Virus record (IMG/VR): IMGVR_UViG_3300032224_001477
Span: 1-64,000 of that record
Length of the DNA: 64,000 nt
Reading direction: 5' to 3' (one strand)
Source: a virus
Below the pieces are notes generated by a model that saw nothing but the letters and a program-made list of their open reading frames with translations, was not told the origin of the DNA and made no database searches. This document shows positions 1 to 8,896 of the stretch, in pieces. The position numbers and the translations under genes are program-made. How positions within the stretch are numbered: the stretch's first letter is position 1; each line of letters opens with the position of its first letter.

Positions 1-1
1 G

Positions 2-703
2 ACGCAGGATTCCCTGGGTCAGTTTGCTGGTCGCGTTAACAAGGGGGCTGAAGGCAGAAGCATCGCTCGACACGGTTGCGTAATTTAACGCGGCGTCTGT
101 GTTGCTTGTACCAGTCGGAGTGACCTTGTTCTGTGCCAACCGGACGTATTCGTCCTGGTAGCGGGTTGTCCAGACCATAGCGGTTTGCTCGGTCAGGATG
201 TTCATGATCTGAGTCAACTGCTCTTTCCGACGCACGGGATAGCGCAAATCTTCGAGCGCAATGTTCGGAGATTCGAGCGCAACACGACGGAGGTCGTAAG
301 TGCGGAGGGTTTGAGCAAACTCAACGGTAGCAAACCTAGGAAGTTTGCCGTTGTTATTGTCAGATGTAGAAGTAGTCAGCGAAGAAGAGCCTGTGCCAGA
401 TTGCGTATACGCATTGAAGCTGGTGTAGGTCTGATCGGTGGGGTTCGACCCGAGGATCGAGGAAGTGCCGGTCCAGACTGACTGAAGATCAAAATCGTTC
501 TGCCGTCCGTTACGGGCCGCCTGGGGGATAGAACGCTCGTAGGTCAGCACGCTGACGCGATCGCCCATCTCGTCGGGGAAAGTGTCTTGTTTAATTAATT
601 TGAGCCAAACATTGTTATCGACCGTTTTGCGGTAGATCTCGGGCCCAATACGTCCAGCTTCCTTAACAAGGAGCTGCTGAATGTTATCGTATACAGTAGC
701 CAT
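2..703 (-). CDS. Major capsid protein, 5' part (runs off window start)
   Basis: Not in the ORF track. Open frame from ATG at 703 (MATVYDNIQQLLVKEAGRIGPEIYRKTVDNNVWLKLIKQDTFPDEMGD...) to the window edge. SD GAAAGGAG at 713-720, own promoter, and position after terL-portal-scaffold. Confidence 0.75.
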   Translation of the reverse strand, partial: MATVYDNIQQLLVKEAGRIGPEIYRKTVDNNVWLKLIKQDTFPDEMGDRVSVLTYERSIPQAARNGRQNDFDLQSVWTGTSSILGSNPTDQTYTSFNAYTQSGTGSSSLTTSTSDNNNGKLPRFATVEFAQTLRTYDLRRVALESPNIALEDLRYPVRRKEQLTQIMNILTEQTAMVWTTRYQDEYVRLAQNKVTPTGTSNTDAALNYATVSSDASAFSPLVNATSKLTQGILR

Positions 704-901
704 ATTAGTGTTCTCCTTTCAGAGAGAAAAAGTAAAAGTTTAAAAACAAGAGGAGAAACCAACACGGTTTCCCGTAGTTTTCAAAATTGGATCTCCCGGC
801 GGCATCCCGAGACTTTTATTGCCCGCTTGACCGCTTCCATTTTTATAGGTCGTGCCCTCAAAACCCACTTCCGTTTTTATAGGATCTCTAAGGCAAGTCT
901 G

Positions 902-930
902 AGTATGCATTACTGGCGTTGTTTTGTCAA
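902..930 (-). promoter_or_regulatory. Sigma70-type promoter for the capsid gene (TTGACA-17-CATACT) overlapping a 22-bp palindrome
   Basis: Minus strand reads TTGACA aaacaacgccagtaatg CATACT. The palindrome TACTGGC-N8-GTCAATA lies at 911-932. Confidence 0.7.
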
Positions 931-937
931 TACCTAA

Positions 938-1030
938 TTAGATACCGTCAGGAACACTCGGAGCCACAAACTGCAGGGTGAGGACTCTTGTTCCGCTATT
1001 GTAGGAGTAGGATTGGGCGAGTTGTCTCAT
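938..1030 (-). pseudogene. 30-aa mini-ORF, possible truncated gene remnant
   Basis: MRQLAQSYSYNSGTRVLTLQFVAPSVPDGI*, starting 5 nt after the stop of the 547-aa gene. Confidence 0.35.
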
Positions 1031-1035
1031 AGTTT

Positions 1036-2679
1036 TTAGACGTATGCAATGTTGACCACAACATCACCAGCGGTAATTGCGGTTGTGTCAGATGTTGCAA
1101 GACCTCCTGTGATTGAAAAAGCTAGGCCGTTAGTAAATCTAAGTCCGACTCCTCCACAATCAAAAGGAATAGTTGAATTTGGAGGTATGGGTATTGTGAA
1201 TGTCGGAGTTGAGGTTCCAACGGTAATAGCTATTGAAGTATTAAATAGTTTAAGATATTTAAATGAAGAGGTAAGGTTTGTGACATTGCACATATAAAGA
1301 ACACATTGAACTGTGCGTATATTTGTAGCGTTTGTGCCAGCAGCAGAAATTGTTAAGTAGTTTGAAAATGTACCGATGCTTGCTCCTGCCGCACTCCCCC
1401 CTACTGGAGTTGAATTTACAGATGGAGTATTTGCAACACTTACGCTTTGTACGTTTGTATTTGTACTTCTTGGGTTAAGTGTATAAGCAAAGTTGTAAGT
1501 CGAGCTAGTTCCAACTGTCGTTATTCTTAACCTAAAATATCTTGCGCCAAATAATCCAACCCTACACAAGCTGCTGAGTTGTGTTGCTGAGAAGGAATTT
1601 GTGACTGTTGGTGATGTATTGCTAACGGTTAAGACAGTTGTCGAAAACCATGTTGAGTTATCATTTGAAAGTTGAGGAGTTACATAAGCATTTATCGGCC
1701 ATGTTCCGCTAAATTGAATGCTCGCTTCCGCAAAACCACTAACATCGGTTGATGCAATTAAATCAGTTCCAACCACAGATGTTCCAGATATACTTCCAGT
1801 TCCAGTTGTAAGAGCTTGATTATTTGCAATTACTGTTCCGCTTACTGGCACTGCCGTGGCTCTGAGTTGAGTATCTGTAAGAGGTTGCGAAAGCCCTGTA
1901 TTGGCTGTGACGGTTCCGCTAACTGGAACAGTTCCGTTGACATTGACGTTTAGCCTTCCGCTTGAATCCACGCTCAATCCACGGAGGTTTGTTCCATCGG
2001 TTCCTCCCATGAGGTTTGCGTCGGTTGGGGCGGTTGATCCAGTAGCCCCACCAGAGGAAAGCATTACATCCAATCTGCGTGTAGATCCCTGAGTGGTTGA
2101 GGTGATTGCATTCCCGGAACCATCACGTGTATTTGAACTGATTGTCCCGCTAACGGGAAGTGGGTTGGAAGAATCGTTCTTGACCTCTACTTCGTTGCTA
2201 ACAGTAATAGTCCCCGAAGTGATCGTAATCGACCCGCTACCCCCGATATCGACCGGGACCCTTCCACTACTTAGAGCGGGAAGTTTGCCGTCGATGCTGT
2301 TAAGAGAACTATTTGCGGTAACCTGGTTTGCTTCGGTAGAAACTCCAGAAACGGAAACTGGAACAACCGAGGCACGAAGCTCGGAATTTGTCAAAGGCCC
2401 GTCGACTGTCAATGAACCGCCGTTGTCTGTAACAGCAAGACTGGTGTTCTGCACACTAACATTCTGCGTAGAGGGGAAAGTGACTTGCATATTCTCCAAG
2501 GCAGACAAACTTGTGGCTCCCAATTCCACCGTCCCGTCGACTGTCAGGGAACCGCCGTTATCTGTAACGGCAACCGTGCCGTCCACCAAATGATGCGGTG
2601 TATGTACCCCAGCTGTGTCAGTCGTCTTTAATATCTGGGGTGAAGCAGAAGAGTCTAAAACTGAGAGGTTGTTGGCCAT
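1036..2679 (-). CDS. Ser/Thr/Gly-rich virion fibre or decoration protein with internal repeats
   Basis: Repeats AVTDNGGSLTVDG x2 and PLTxxxLRAxxVPVS x2, beta-rich composition, located in the head gene block. Confidence 0.6.
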   Translation of the reverse strand: MANNLSVLDSSASPQILKTTDTAGVHTPHHLVDGTVAVTDNGGSLTVDGTVELGATSLSALENMQVTFPSTQNVSVQNTSLAVTDNGGSLTVDGPLTNSELRASVVPVSVSGVSTEANQVTANSSLNSIDGKLPALSSGRVPVDIGGSGSITITSGTITVSNEVEVKNDSSNPLPVSGTISSNTRDGSGNAITSTTQGSTRRLDVMLSSGGATGSTAPTDANLMGGTDGTNLRGLSVDSSGRLNVNVNGTVPVSGTVTANTGLSQPLTDTQLRATAVPVSGTVIANNQALTTGTGSISGTSVVGTDLIASTDVSGFAEASIQFSGTWPINAYVTPQLSNDNSTWFSTTVLTVSNTSPTVTNSFSATQLSSLCRVGLFGARYFRLRITTVGTSSTYNFAYTLNPRSTNTNVQSVSVANTPSVNSTPVGGSAAGASIGTFSNYLTISAAGTNATNIRTVQCVLYMCNVTNLTSSFKYLKLFNTSIAITVGTSTPTFTIPIPPNSTIPFDCGGVGLRFTNGLAFSITGGLATSDTTAITAGDVVVNIAYV

Positions 2680-2680
2680 A

Positions 2681-2827
2681 TTAGAACATCAATGGGATGT
2701 ATTGAGAGTTTATGGATTTAGAGAAATCAAGGGTAACCTGCGTAAAGGAGATGGTATAACCAAAGGAGATAATTTCCCCAACGTAGAGTCGCCCCTCCGA
2801 CACAAGAAAATGAAGTGCAGCACTCAT
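2681..2827 (-). CDS. Small hypothetical virion-block protein (48 aa)
   Basis: MSAALHFLVSEGRLYVGEII...LDFSKSINSQYIPLMF fills the gap between neighbours, with an ATGA overlap to the upstream gene. Confidence 0.5.
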   Translation of the reverse strand: MSAALHFLVSEGRLYVGEIISFGYTISFTQVTLDFSKSINSQYIPLMF

Positions 2828-3081
2828 GTTTTAACTATGGAAATAACATTACCATTCCCGTTATATTGTAAAGAGAGCGAGCCGACAGAAACATTGTTCT
2901 TTAAATACAATAGAGAAATGACCCTCCCTGCCCCATCGTAGGAAAAGTTAATTTTGTCATGCTCGGGGATTGAAAAACTTTTACTTTCAATCTTATTTAA
3001 AAGACTATTAATCTTATGGAGAGATCTCCCCGAAGGATCAGCTAGTTTCGGCTCGTCGCCTTCCGGATAGAAAGCAGGCAT
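2824..3081 (-). CDS. Hypothetical virion-block protein
   Basis: 85-aa ORF in the operon. C-terminal YDGAGRVIS...YNGNGNVIS beta-hairpin repeats. Confidence 0.6.
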   Translation of the reverse strand: MPAFYPEGDEPKLADPSGRSLHKINSLLNKIESKSFSIPEHDKINFSYDGAGRVISLLYLKNNVSVGSLSLQYNGNGNVISIVKT

Positions 3082-3088
3082 AAGTTAC

Positions 3089-4321
3089 TTACCTCAACCC
3101 TTTTTCAAGTGCGTCCAAGAAACCTACGTCGGAAGCAAGTTCAGGAGAACCAGTCTTAGCGTCCCCGCCGCCAGCGCCGGGAGTGGCAGTACGGTATTCG
3201 CCCAAAGCTTTCTTGAGTCCGGCAATTTCGCCCTGACTCTTTTTCACGTAGCCCTGGAACAATTGAACCATAAGAGGCATTGCTACCGCTTGGTAGGTCA
3301 AGGCTGCCCGGGTTTCGGTATCCAAGTCAGACTGCTCGACAAGCATGGCTTGTTCGCGAAGACTATCTACACGCGAGTCCCACTCAGCGTTTCCGGTCTT
3401 TTTAAGAATAGGCACTTCTTGAGTGAAGCGATTCCAAATCTCATTATAAGCTGTTGTTGTTTCTTCTTGAGCTTTCTTTTGAGCAATCTCCTGCTGGCGG
3501 GTCTGTTCGGCCTGTTGAGCAAGTTCGCGCTTATTAATCTCTTGCATAGCCTTCTCGGCATTGGTGAGGATGACATCGCGTTTGTTATAAAGCGCGTTGA
3601 GCTCATCCACACGACGACGGACGTCAACGGCGTCAATCGGGTCAAGATTGGTAAGCATTTCTTTAACCGCTGCCCTGCGTTGCGCGGGATCATTAATTGC
3701 TGCGGCCCGGACAACGGCGTCGGCGTCCATCTCGTACATCTTGGCCATCTCTTGAATAGTGTTCTGAGCTTCTTTGATGGGGGCATCAATCGCAACCTTG
3801 TACTGCTTGGTGGCCTGTACTCGAGCTACGGAAAGCTCACTCTCGTACTCATCACGCTCAGCTTTGAGGGTTTCAAGCTCTTTGCGAAGAAGGTCCAACT
3901 GGGGAGAGGATTGTTCGCCGGAGTCCTCAACCTTAGTCGTCTCCTTGTTAATTTTGGATTCAAGTGCGGCCAGCTTGGCTTTGGTGTCACGGAGTTCAGT
4001 CGTAACTTTTGCAAAAGCTGTTTGAGCAGACTTGGTAGCTTCTTTTGGCAATTCAGGAGTTGCTTCTTCCTTTGCGGGCTCGGGCTCTTTTCCAATCGCC
4101 TCGAGCACGTCATCTGGAATCTCAAGCTTGTTTTCTAAAGCCTTGGTGGAAGCTGCTTCAGCCTTCGCCTCTGTTTTGGCAGGCTCGGCTTTAACAGCTT
4201 CAGGAGCTGTCACGGCTGTGTTATCAGCAGGTTTCACAGTATCTGCTGGGGGCGTAGCGGGTGTATCTAGCGCCACATTAAGTGCGTCTAACAAGCCAAG
4301 TTCAGGAGCGGGTGTGCTCAT
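3089..4321 (-). CDS. Putative capsid scaffolding protein
   Basis: Acidic Ala/Glu/Lys-rich coiled coil located between portal and MCP. Confidence 0.6.
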   Translation of the reverse strand: MSTPAPELGLLDALNVALDTPATPPADTVKPADNTAVTAPEAVKAEPAKTEAKAEAASTKALENKLEIPDDVLEAIGKEPEPAKEEATPELPKEATKSAQTAFAKVTTELRDTKAKLAALESKINKETTKVEDSGEQSSPQLDLLRKELETLKAERDEYESELSVARVQATKQYKVAIDAPIKEAQNTIQEMAKMYEMDADAVVRAAAINDPAQRRAAVKEMLTNLDPIDAVDVRRRVDELNALYNKRDVILTNAEKAMQEINKRELAQQAEQTRQQEIAQKKAQEETTTAYNEIWNRFTQEVPILKKTGNAEWDSRVDSLREQAMLVEQSDLDTETRAALTYQAVAMPLMVQLFQGYVKKSQGEIAGLKKALGEYRTATPGAGGGDAKTGSPELASDVGFLDALEKGLR

Positions 4322-4611
4322 TCGTTATTTTTTCCTTTGTTTTCAGTCCAGGGTTCCGGCAGCACTGCCGGCTGCTCCGCCAAATTGGTCAGAGCCCCAA
4401 AGTTTCTCAGACAGTCATAAAATCCTTCGCGTCGTGCGTTTTGAAGAGCGCCCCACAAAGCGATGTCCGTCCCTTGCGGAACGGGCATGGCTTTAGGCAA
4501 AGCAAAATCCACAAGCACTTCAAAAGCGTGAGCTAAAGCTGGTTGTTTAAGACACTCTCTTAATTCAAGTTGGAGGTCTTCCCTTTTACGCCATTCATCA
4601 ATAGTCATCAT
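4318..4611 (-). CDS. Small protein downstream of portal
   Basis: 97-aa ORF overlapping the scaffold start (ATGA). Confidence 0.6.
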   Translation of the reverse strand: MMTIDEWRKREDLQLELRECLKQPALAHAFEVLVDFALPKAMPVPQGTDIALWGALQNARREGFYDCLRNFGALTNLAEQPAVLPEPWTENKGKNNE

Positions 4612-4659
4612 ATATATATCTTATTGACAGACTTGTGCCATTATGGCAAGCACAAAATA

Positions 4660-6870
4660 TTAGGAGTTTCTGATCTTGCTGGCGATTTCAGCATCACGTA
4701 GAGCCATCTTCTGTTGGTGATCCGCCAGCTTGATTTGCTGTTCAACTTTAGCTTCTTCAACTTTCATCTGCATTGCCAACTGGTGATCTTGAAGTTTTGC
4801 GGCCATGTTAGGGTCAATGCTGCCCTGCCCGCCGCCTTTTTTGGCCATGGCCTCTTGATGCTTCCGCATATTCTCCTGCTCTGCTCTCATGTTGTTTTCT
4901 AACGCCACAATAGCTTCGCGCATAAGGTTCAACATCTCGTTGTACTGCCCGATCTCTACCTTGCGAGTCGGATCTCCGGCAATCTGCTGAAGGTGCATCA
5001 TGGAGTGTTGATAATTTAAAGTCAGGTAAGCCAAAGCCATATCGGGCTTGGCAATGCCTTGAGCGGTAGCGTCGAGCATCCCGCGGGCGTCAGCCAAGTG
5101 AACACGAATATGAACCGAGTGGTTCTCGGTAGGCATGACAGAAATAGGGCGTCCATCTTGGAACTGAGCGTTTTCGAGTTCGGCAATTTTAGCGTCGGTC
5201 GGCAGGCGTTCTTTGAGTTTCCCGGCGGGGAGATATCGATCAACCTGGTCGTAGCCGACACGAGCGGCAACACGATCACGAATAAGATTTTGCTGACCTA
5301 CTTCGTCAAACCGAGGTAGGAGTTGGATAAATTCGTTAAAGGCCAAGATACGAGCGCCGCTAGACCCGTAACCGACGGCACGGACAGGAGCGACGTCGTA
5401 AACATCAAGAACAGCCTTCCAAGGTACACCACGCTGTTCAAGCCTAGAGCGGAACTTTGCATAACCTTCGTAGCCGGCGTCGCCAGGTTGCCAGGTATCT
5501 TTTTGCAAGCGTTGAAAACTTTGTTTGAGGAGCTTGCCCCAAGTTACATAGAACAAATTGATACTAGCAGTAGTAAGAACAGATTCGTTTGCCAGCTGAG
5601 CCTGAACCTCGGTCGCTGTTCTTTCTTTACTCCCCTGCACTTGCTGGTGAGATCGGTAGCTCCCCGTGTTTGCCTGGCGGGTCATGGAAAGTTCCTGAAC
5701 AACCGGCATTACGCTGTTGTTGTAGTTGGGGAACTGAGTCGATACGACCTCAAGGTTCGGAGGAAGGAATGAAATTGGTCCTGCAAAGGCAAGAGACAGA
5801 CGACTCACATCCTCGGCCGTCTTGGGTTGGAGAACCAAGCTGGTAGACATCATCGAGCCATCGACCATCGCGCAACGAAGACGATTGCTAACCTGGATAT
5901 GCGGGAAGATTTTGTAGCCGAGCCCGCGGATCGAGTGGTAGGTGCCGTTCCCAACACCAAAAGTAAATATGTTGAAGGCTTCGGAGGCTTTCTTGAAGCG
6001 ACCTTCTTTTTTGTAAAGGAAATCTGTGTTCGTTCCGTCACGCAGTCCAATGTAGTGGCTTACAGAACCGTCGTATTCACGTACGTAATAGTGATTCACC
6101 CGAATCTCGCCGGCGCGGGCGTAAGAATAAAAAAGGTCATTGTTCTTAAATTCCTTTTCAAGCTCTTCCCAACCCTGGTCCGCTGGACGGTTACCCTTAT
6201 GAATCGTGGCAAGAGCCTTGCGAACTTCCTCTACATTCCAACCCGCTTCCTTAGCGGCCTTGGGATTCTTAATGAAATTATAAAGTTCATGAGCCAAGTA
6301 GACTCGACGAGCAACGGCAAACTCAATTCGATCTTCTGTAGCCTGCGTGCCCCGGGGAATTAAAAAGTCACCAATCCCGCAAACACGCCAGCGCCAGTCT
6401 TTATCGTTCTCAAAGAAAGTAACTCCGAGACCTTGTGAAATGAAGTGATGGGCCAGTAATTGGAAATTGAAATGAAATTGATCCCACTCAACCAAAGTCC
6501 GGTGAAACTCCTCGGAGACTGCTCCTGCCCAATTCTGCCGTTCGCTTTCATCGCCAAAGCTAGTCTTAACTTCGACCAACTTCTCGACCCCATTCACCAA
6601 ATCGGTGTACGCGGCTAGTGCATTCTCCAAATCGGCCGCAGCTTCACCAAAGTTTAGATTGGCGCGATAAGCCTGACCCATACTGCGGAGCGTACTCGGG
6701 TTGTAGGGCGGATCTCCATCAAACATCGCTTGGACCTTGCTGCGGTCCTGATCAGCGTGTGCATCCGACTCTCTCAGCGTAGTGTATATACTGTGAGCCG
6801 ACTTGGCGTCTTTAAGACGCGCTTTTGGCGGGGCTCCTGTTTCGCCGATGTTTTCGAGTAAGATGTCCAC
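4660..6870 (-). CDS. Portal protein
   Basis: 736 aa directly after terL. RTATEV motif and Gln-rich coiled-coil C-terminus, as in P22/T7-like portals. Confidence 0.8.
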   Translation of the reverse strand: MDILLENIGETGAPPKARLKDAKSAHSIYTTLRESDAHADQDRSKVQAMFDGDPPYNPSTLRSMGQAYRANLNFGEAAADLENALAAYTDLVNGVEKLVEVKTSFGDESERQNWAGAVSEEFHRTLVEWDQFHFNFQLLAHHFISQGLGVTFFENDKDWRWRVCGIGDFLIPRGTQATEDRIEFAVARRVYLAHELYNFIKNPKAAKEAGWNVEEVRKALATIHKGNRPADQGWEELEKEFKNNDLFYSYARAGEIRVNHYYVREYDGSVSHYIGLRDGTNTDFLYKKEGRFKKASEAFNIFTFGVGNGTYHSIRGLGYKIFPHIQVSNRLRCAMVDGSMMSTSLVLQPKTAEDVSRLSLAFAGPISFLPPNLEVVSTQFPNYNNSVMPVVQELSMTRQANTGSYRSHQQVQGSKERTATEVQAQLANESVLTTASINLFYVTWGKLLKQSFQRLQKDTWQPGDAGYEGYAKFRSRLEQRGVPWKAVLDVYDVAPVRAVGYGSSGARILAFNEFIQLLPRFDEVGQQNLIRDRVAARVGYDQVDRYLPAGKLKERLPTDAKIAELENAQFQDGRPISVMPTENHSVHIRVHLADARGMLDATAQGIAKPDMALAYLTLNYQHSMMHLQQIAGDPTRKVEIGQYNEMLNLMREAIVALENNMRAEQENMRKHQEAMAKKGGGQGSIDPNMAAKLQDHQLAMQMKVEEAKVEQQIKLADHQQKMALRDAEIASKIRNS

Positions 6871-6904
6871 GTGAATGTCTATTCTGTCTACTGTCAGTTA
6901 AAAG

Positions 6905-8620
6905 TCAATAATTTAACACAGGATCTTTATTGATGTCGATCACGCGGTCCAACCGGCGAGCCTGCTCTTGCCAACCCCCACTCTTCCTTGCCATGACGGT
7001 CCCGCCGGCCATTGCTCCAACTCGAACCCGAATACACTCCAATCCCACAAAGGCTGCGTCCGCCAAATCGGGACTCTTCCCTACCCGCGACTTGTAGTCT
7101 CGCTTGGACTCTACGACCAGCTTACCTCCGGCCATCGTGGTGTATTTCCTGCTGGTTAGTTCCCTGGCCAACTCTGGAATCACGCCTTTCAACTGACCGG
7201 AACGCATAAATTCAACACCACCAAACCAAAGCTCGCTTACCTTATTCCCGTATTTGTCCTTGGCCTCCACCATCGAACTTGAGCTGATCGGCAGAGTACT
7301 GGGCTTTTCTCCAAACTTGACCCGCAAGATTCTTGGAGACCACGTCTCGGAGATAATGTCGCAAAGCGGATCCCCCGCGCCGGTGGCGTCGACCGCCAGA
7401 TATTCCGGTGGAACTCCTTGCTTTTGACATTCGGCCATAACTTGCCGAGCCACCTGAAAGTTTCTGGGCTGTGGGTCGTTTACATTTTCTCTGATGATAG
7501 TGAAATCTTTAAAGTTCACGGTAGGCCCAGCTTCTTCCGTTCGTCCGTACTCCAAGAAATACAGCACCGTTCTGTCTCCACCGTTGGTAAACGAAGGATC
7601 GAGTCCAGCAACTACCTTGGGTGGTTCAATCCACTTGGGAGCTTTATCGACCTCGAACTTGCGGAAGTCTGCCTCCGAGTAAATAGACTCCTCTGCCCCG
7701 CCTGGAGCTGGAAAGGAACGAATAAACCGCCAGAAAGAGATACTGTGCTCGCCGTCGTGGTCTTCCGCGTGCCGGAGTTGCTTAGTCGTAAGCAAAAACG
7801 GCCAGGCGTCGTCATGCTCAAGGTTGGGCGTCTTGGCTCCGTCCAAGTGAAGGCACAAGCCAAGCTTTGTATTCCACTCCTCCTTATCGACCGTGACCGA
7901 GTTCCATCCACCCACGGGGGTGGCAAACATACCAAAGGGGTCGTATTGACTGGAAAAGTTACCCAAGGCGATGCATTGAAACGTAGGGTTAGCGTTTAGA
8001 TTGGAGATAGCTTCGAAGACCGAGTTGGTCACGTCGGTGGCCTCGTCGATGATAAGGAACACCCGCTGGTTCTTAAGACCGATAAGTTTGGCCGTGGCCT
8101 CCTTCTCTTTATCAGGGCTGGAGGGTACCAGAGTTATGGACGACCTATCGCTGGACTCCCCTTCCGCCAAAATAATCTTACCCATGGAGTCTATCAATTT
8201 CCCGGGAAAGCCTGGAACCTGCAAAAATCGCTCACGGATGCCTCCCCAAAGGCGTTTGCGGGCTTCCCGGATAGATGTGCTGGTAACCAGGACAAGGGTC
8301 TCGTGGGGGGCGCAAAGCCAGTTCACCAACCCCCACATGGCAAAGGTGGCCGTCTTGCCGCTGGACTTGGGGCCGGAGATAGCAAGGTAGTCCTGCTCGC
8401 AAGCTGCCTGAATCATACGCTCCGCCCAAGGGTGCCAGCAGAACCCGGCTTTGTTTCGCGTCTTGTGATACGGCCAGAGAATCTCTACAACATTCTTGAA
8501 ATGCTGAAACTTGCCCAAACCTCCAGTTTCCGGGGTCAAACCCAGCTTAAAAGCCATGAGCTCTATTTCGAGTTTTCCGGCCCCATCTGGCCATACCTTT
8601 CCGTACAAAGTCGTTGGCAT
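6905..8620 (-). CDS. terL: Terminase large subunit
   Basis: Walker A GPKSSGKT, Walker B LIIDEAT, coupling motif LGN, RNase H-like GLDPSF..GGD and SPDLADA. Confidence 0.92.
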   Translation of the reverse strand: MPTTLYGKVWPDGAGKLEIELMAFKLGLTPETGGLGKFQHFKNVVEILWPYHKTRNKAGFCWHPWAERMIQAACEQDYLAISGPKSSGKTATFAMWGLVNWLCAPHETLVLVTSTSIREARKRLWGGIRERFLQVPGFPGKLIDSMGKIILAEGESSDRSSITLVPSSPDKEKEATAKLIGLKNQRVFLIIDEATDVTNSVFEAISNLNANPTFQCIALGNFSSQYDPFGMFATPVGGWNSVTVDKEEWNTKLGLCLHLDGAKTPNLEHDDAWPFLLTTKQLRHAEDHDGEHSISFWRFIRSFPAPGGAEESIYSEADFRKFEVDKAPKWIEPPKVVAGLDPSFTNGGDRTVLYFLEYGRTEEAGPTVNFKDFTIIRENVNDPQPRNFQVARQVMAECQKQGVPPEYLAVDATGAGDPLCDIISETWSPRILRVKFGEKPSTLPISSSSMVEAKDKYGNKVSELWFGGVEFMRSGQLKGVIPELARELTSRKYTTMAGGKLVVESKRDYKSRVGKSPDLADAAFVGLECIRVRVGAMAGGTVMARKSGGWQEQARRLDRVIDINKDPVLNY

Positions 8621-8883
8621 CAGACATTAATTGCCAGTAATCGCTGTTTTGTCAATAAAAATTTGAGGTCCTTTTTGTAGCAAAGCCTTGTTTTGCAACA
8701 ACTTGGTGCGGTGGCTGAGTGGTCTAAAGCGACGGTTTGCTAAACTGCTCACTGTCAATAATATATACACATTTTGTCTAGGCTTTTCTTGAGTAAAAAC
8801 GACTTACAGTTGACACTCATGACACGGGTACGGTCATAGAATGTATATCTTTTCCTTGACATCAGACATTAATTGTCAGTAAT
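8614..8883. repeat. 28-bp direct repeat (8614-8641, 8856-8883) flanking the attP-like region
   Basis: TTG[G/A]CATCAGACATTAATTG[C/T]CAGTAAT, 26/28 identical. Confidence 0.85.
8705..8745 (+). other. 5' half of tRNA-Ser(GCT); putative attP core
   Basis: GGTGCGG TG GCTGAGTGGTCTAAAGC G ACGGT TTGCTAA AC gives acceptor 5' strand, D arm and anticodon arm with GCT at 8739-8741. No variable arm, T arm or 3' acceptor follows. About 150 bp upstream of the integrase. Confidence 0.8.
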
Positions 8884-8896
8884 GTCTCGTTTAAAT

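Noticed and set aside
185-481. 98-aa plus-strand ORF
   Set aside because: Antisense to the major capsid gene.
3263-4138. 291-aa plus-strand ORF and similar long antisense ORFs (e.g. 18623..19198, 41414..41995)
   Set aside because: Shadow frames opposite well-supported genes, with no RBS or motifs.
8705-8800. Complete phage tRNA-Ser gene
   Set aside because: No variable arm, T-loop (TTCRA) or 3' acceptor strand follows the anticodon arm.
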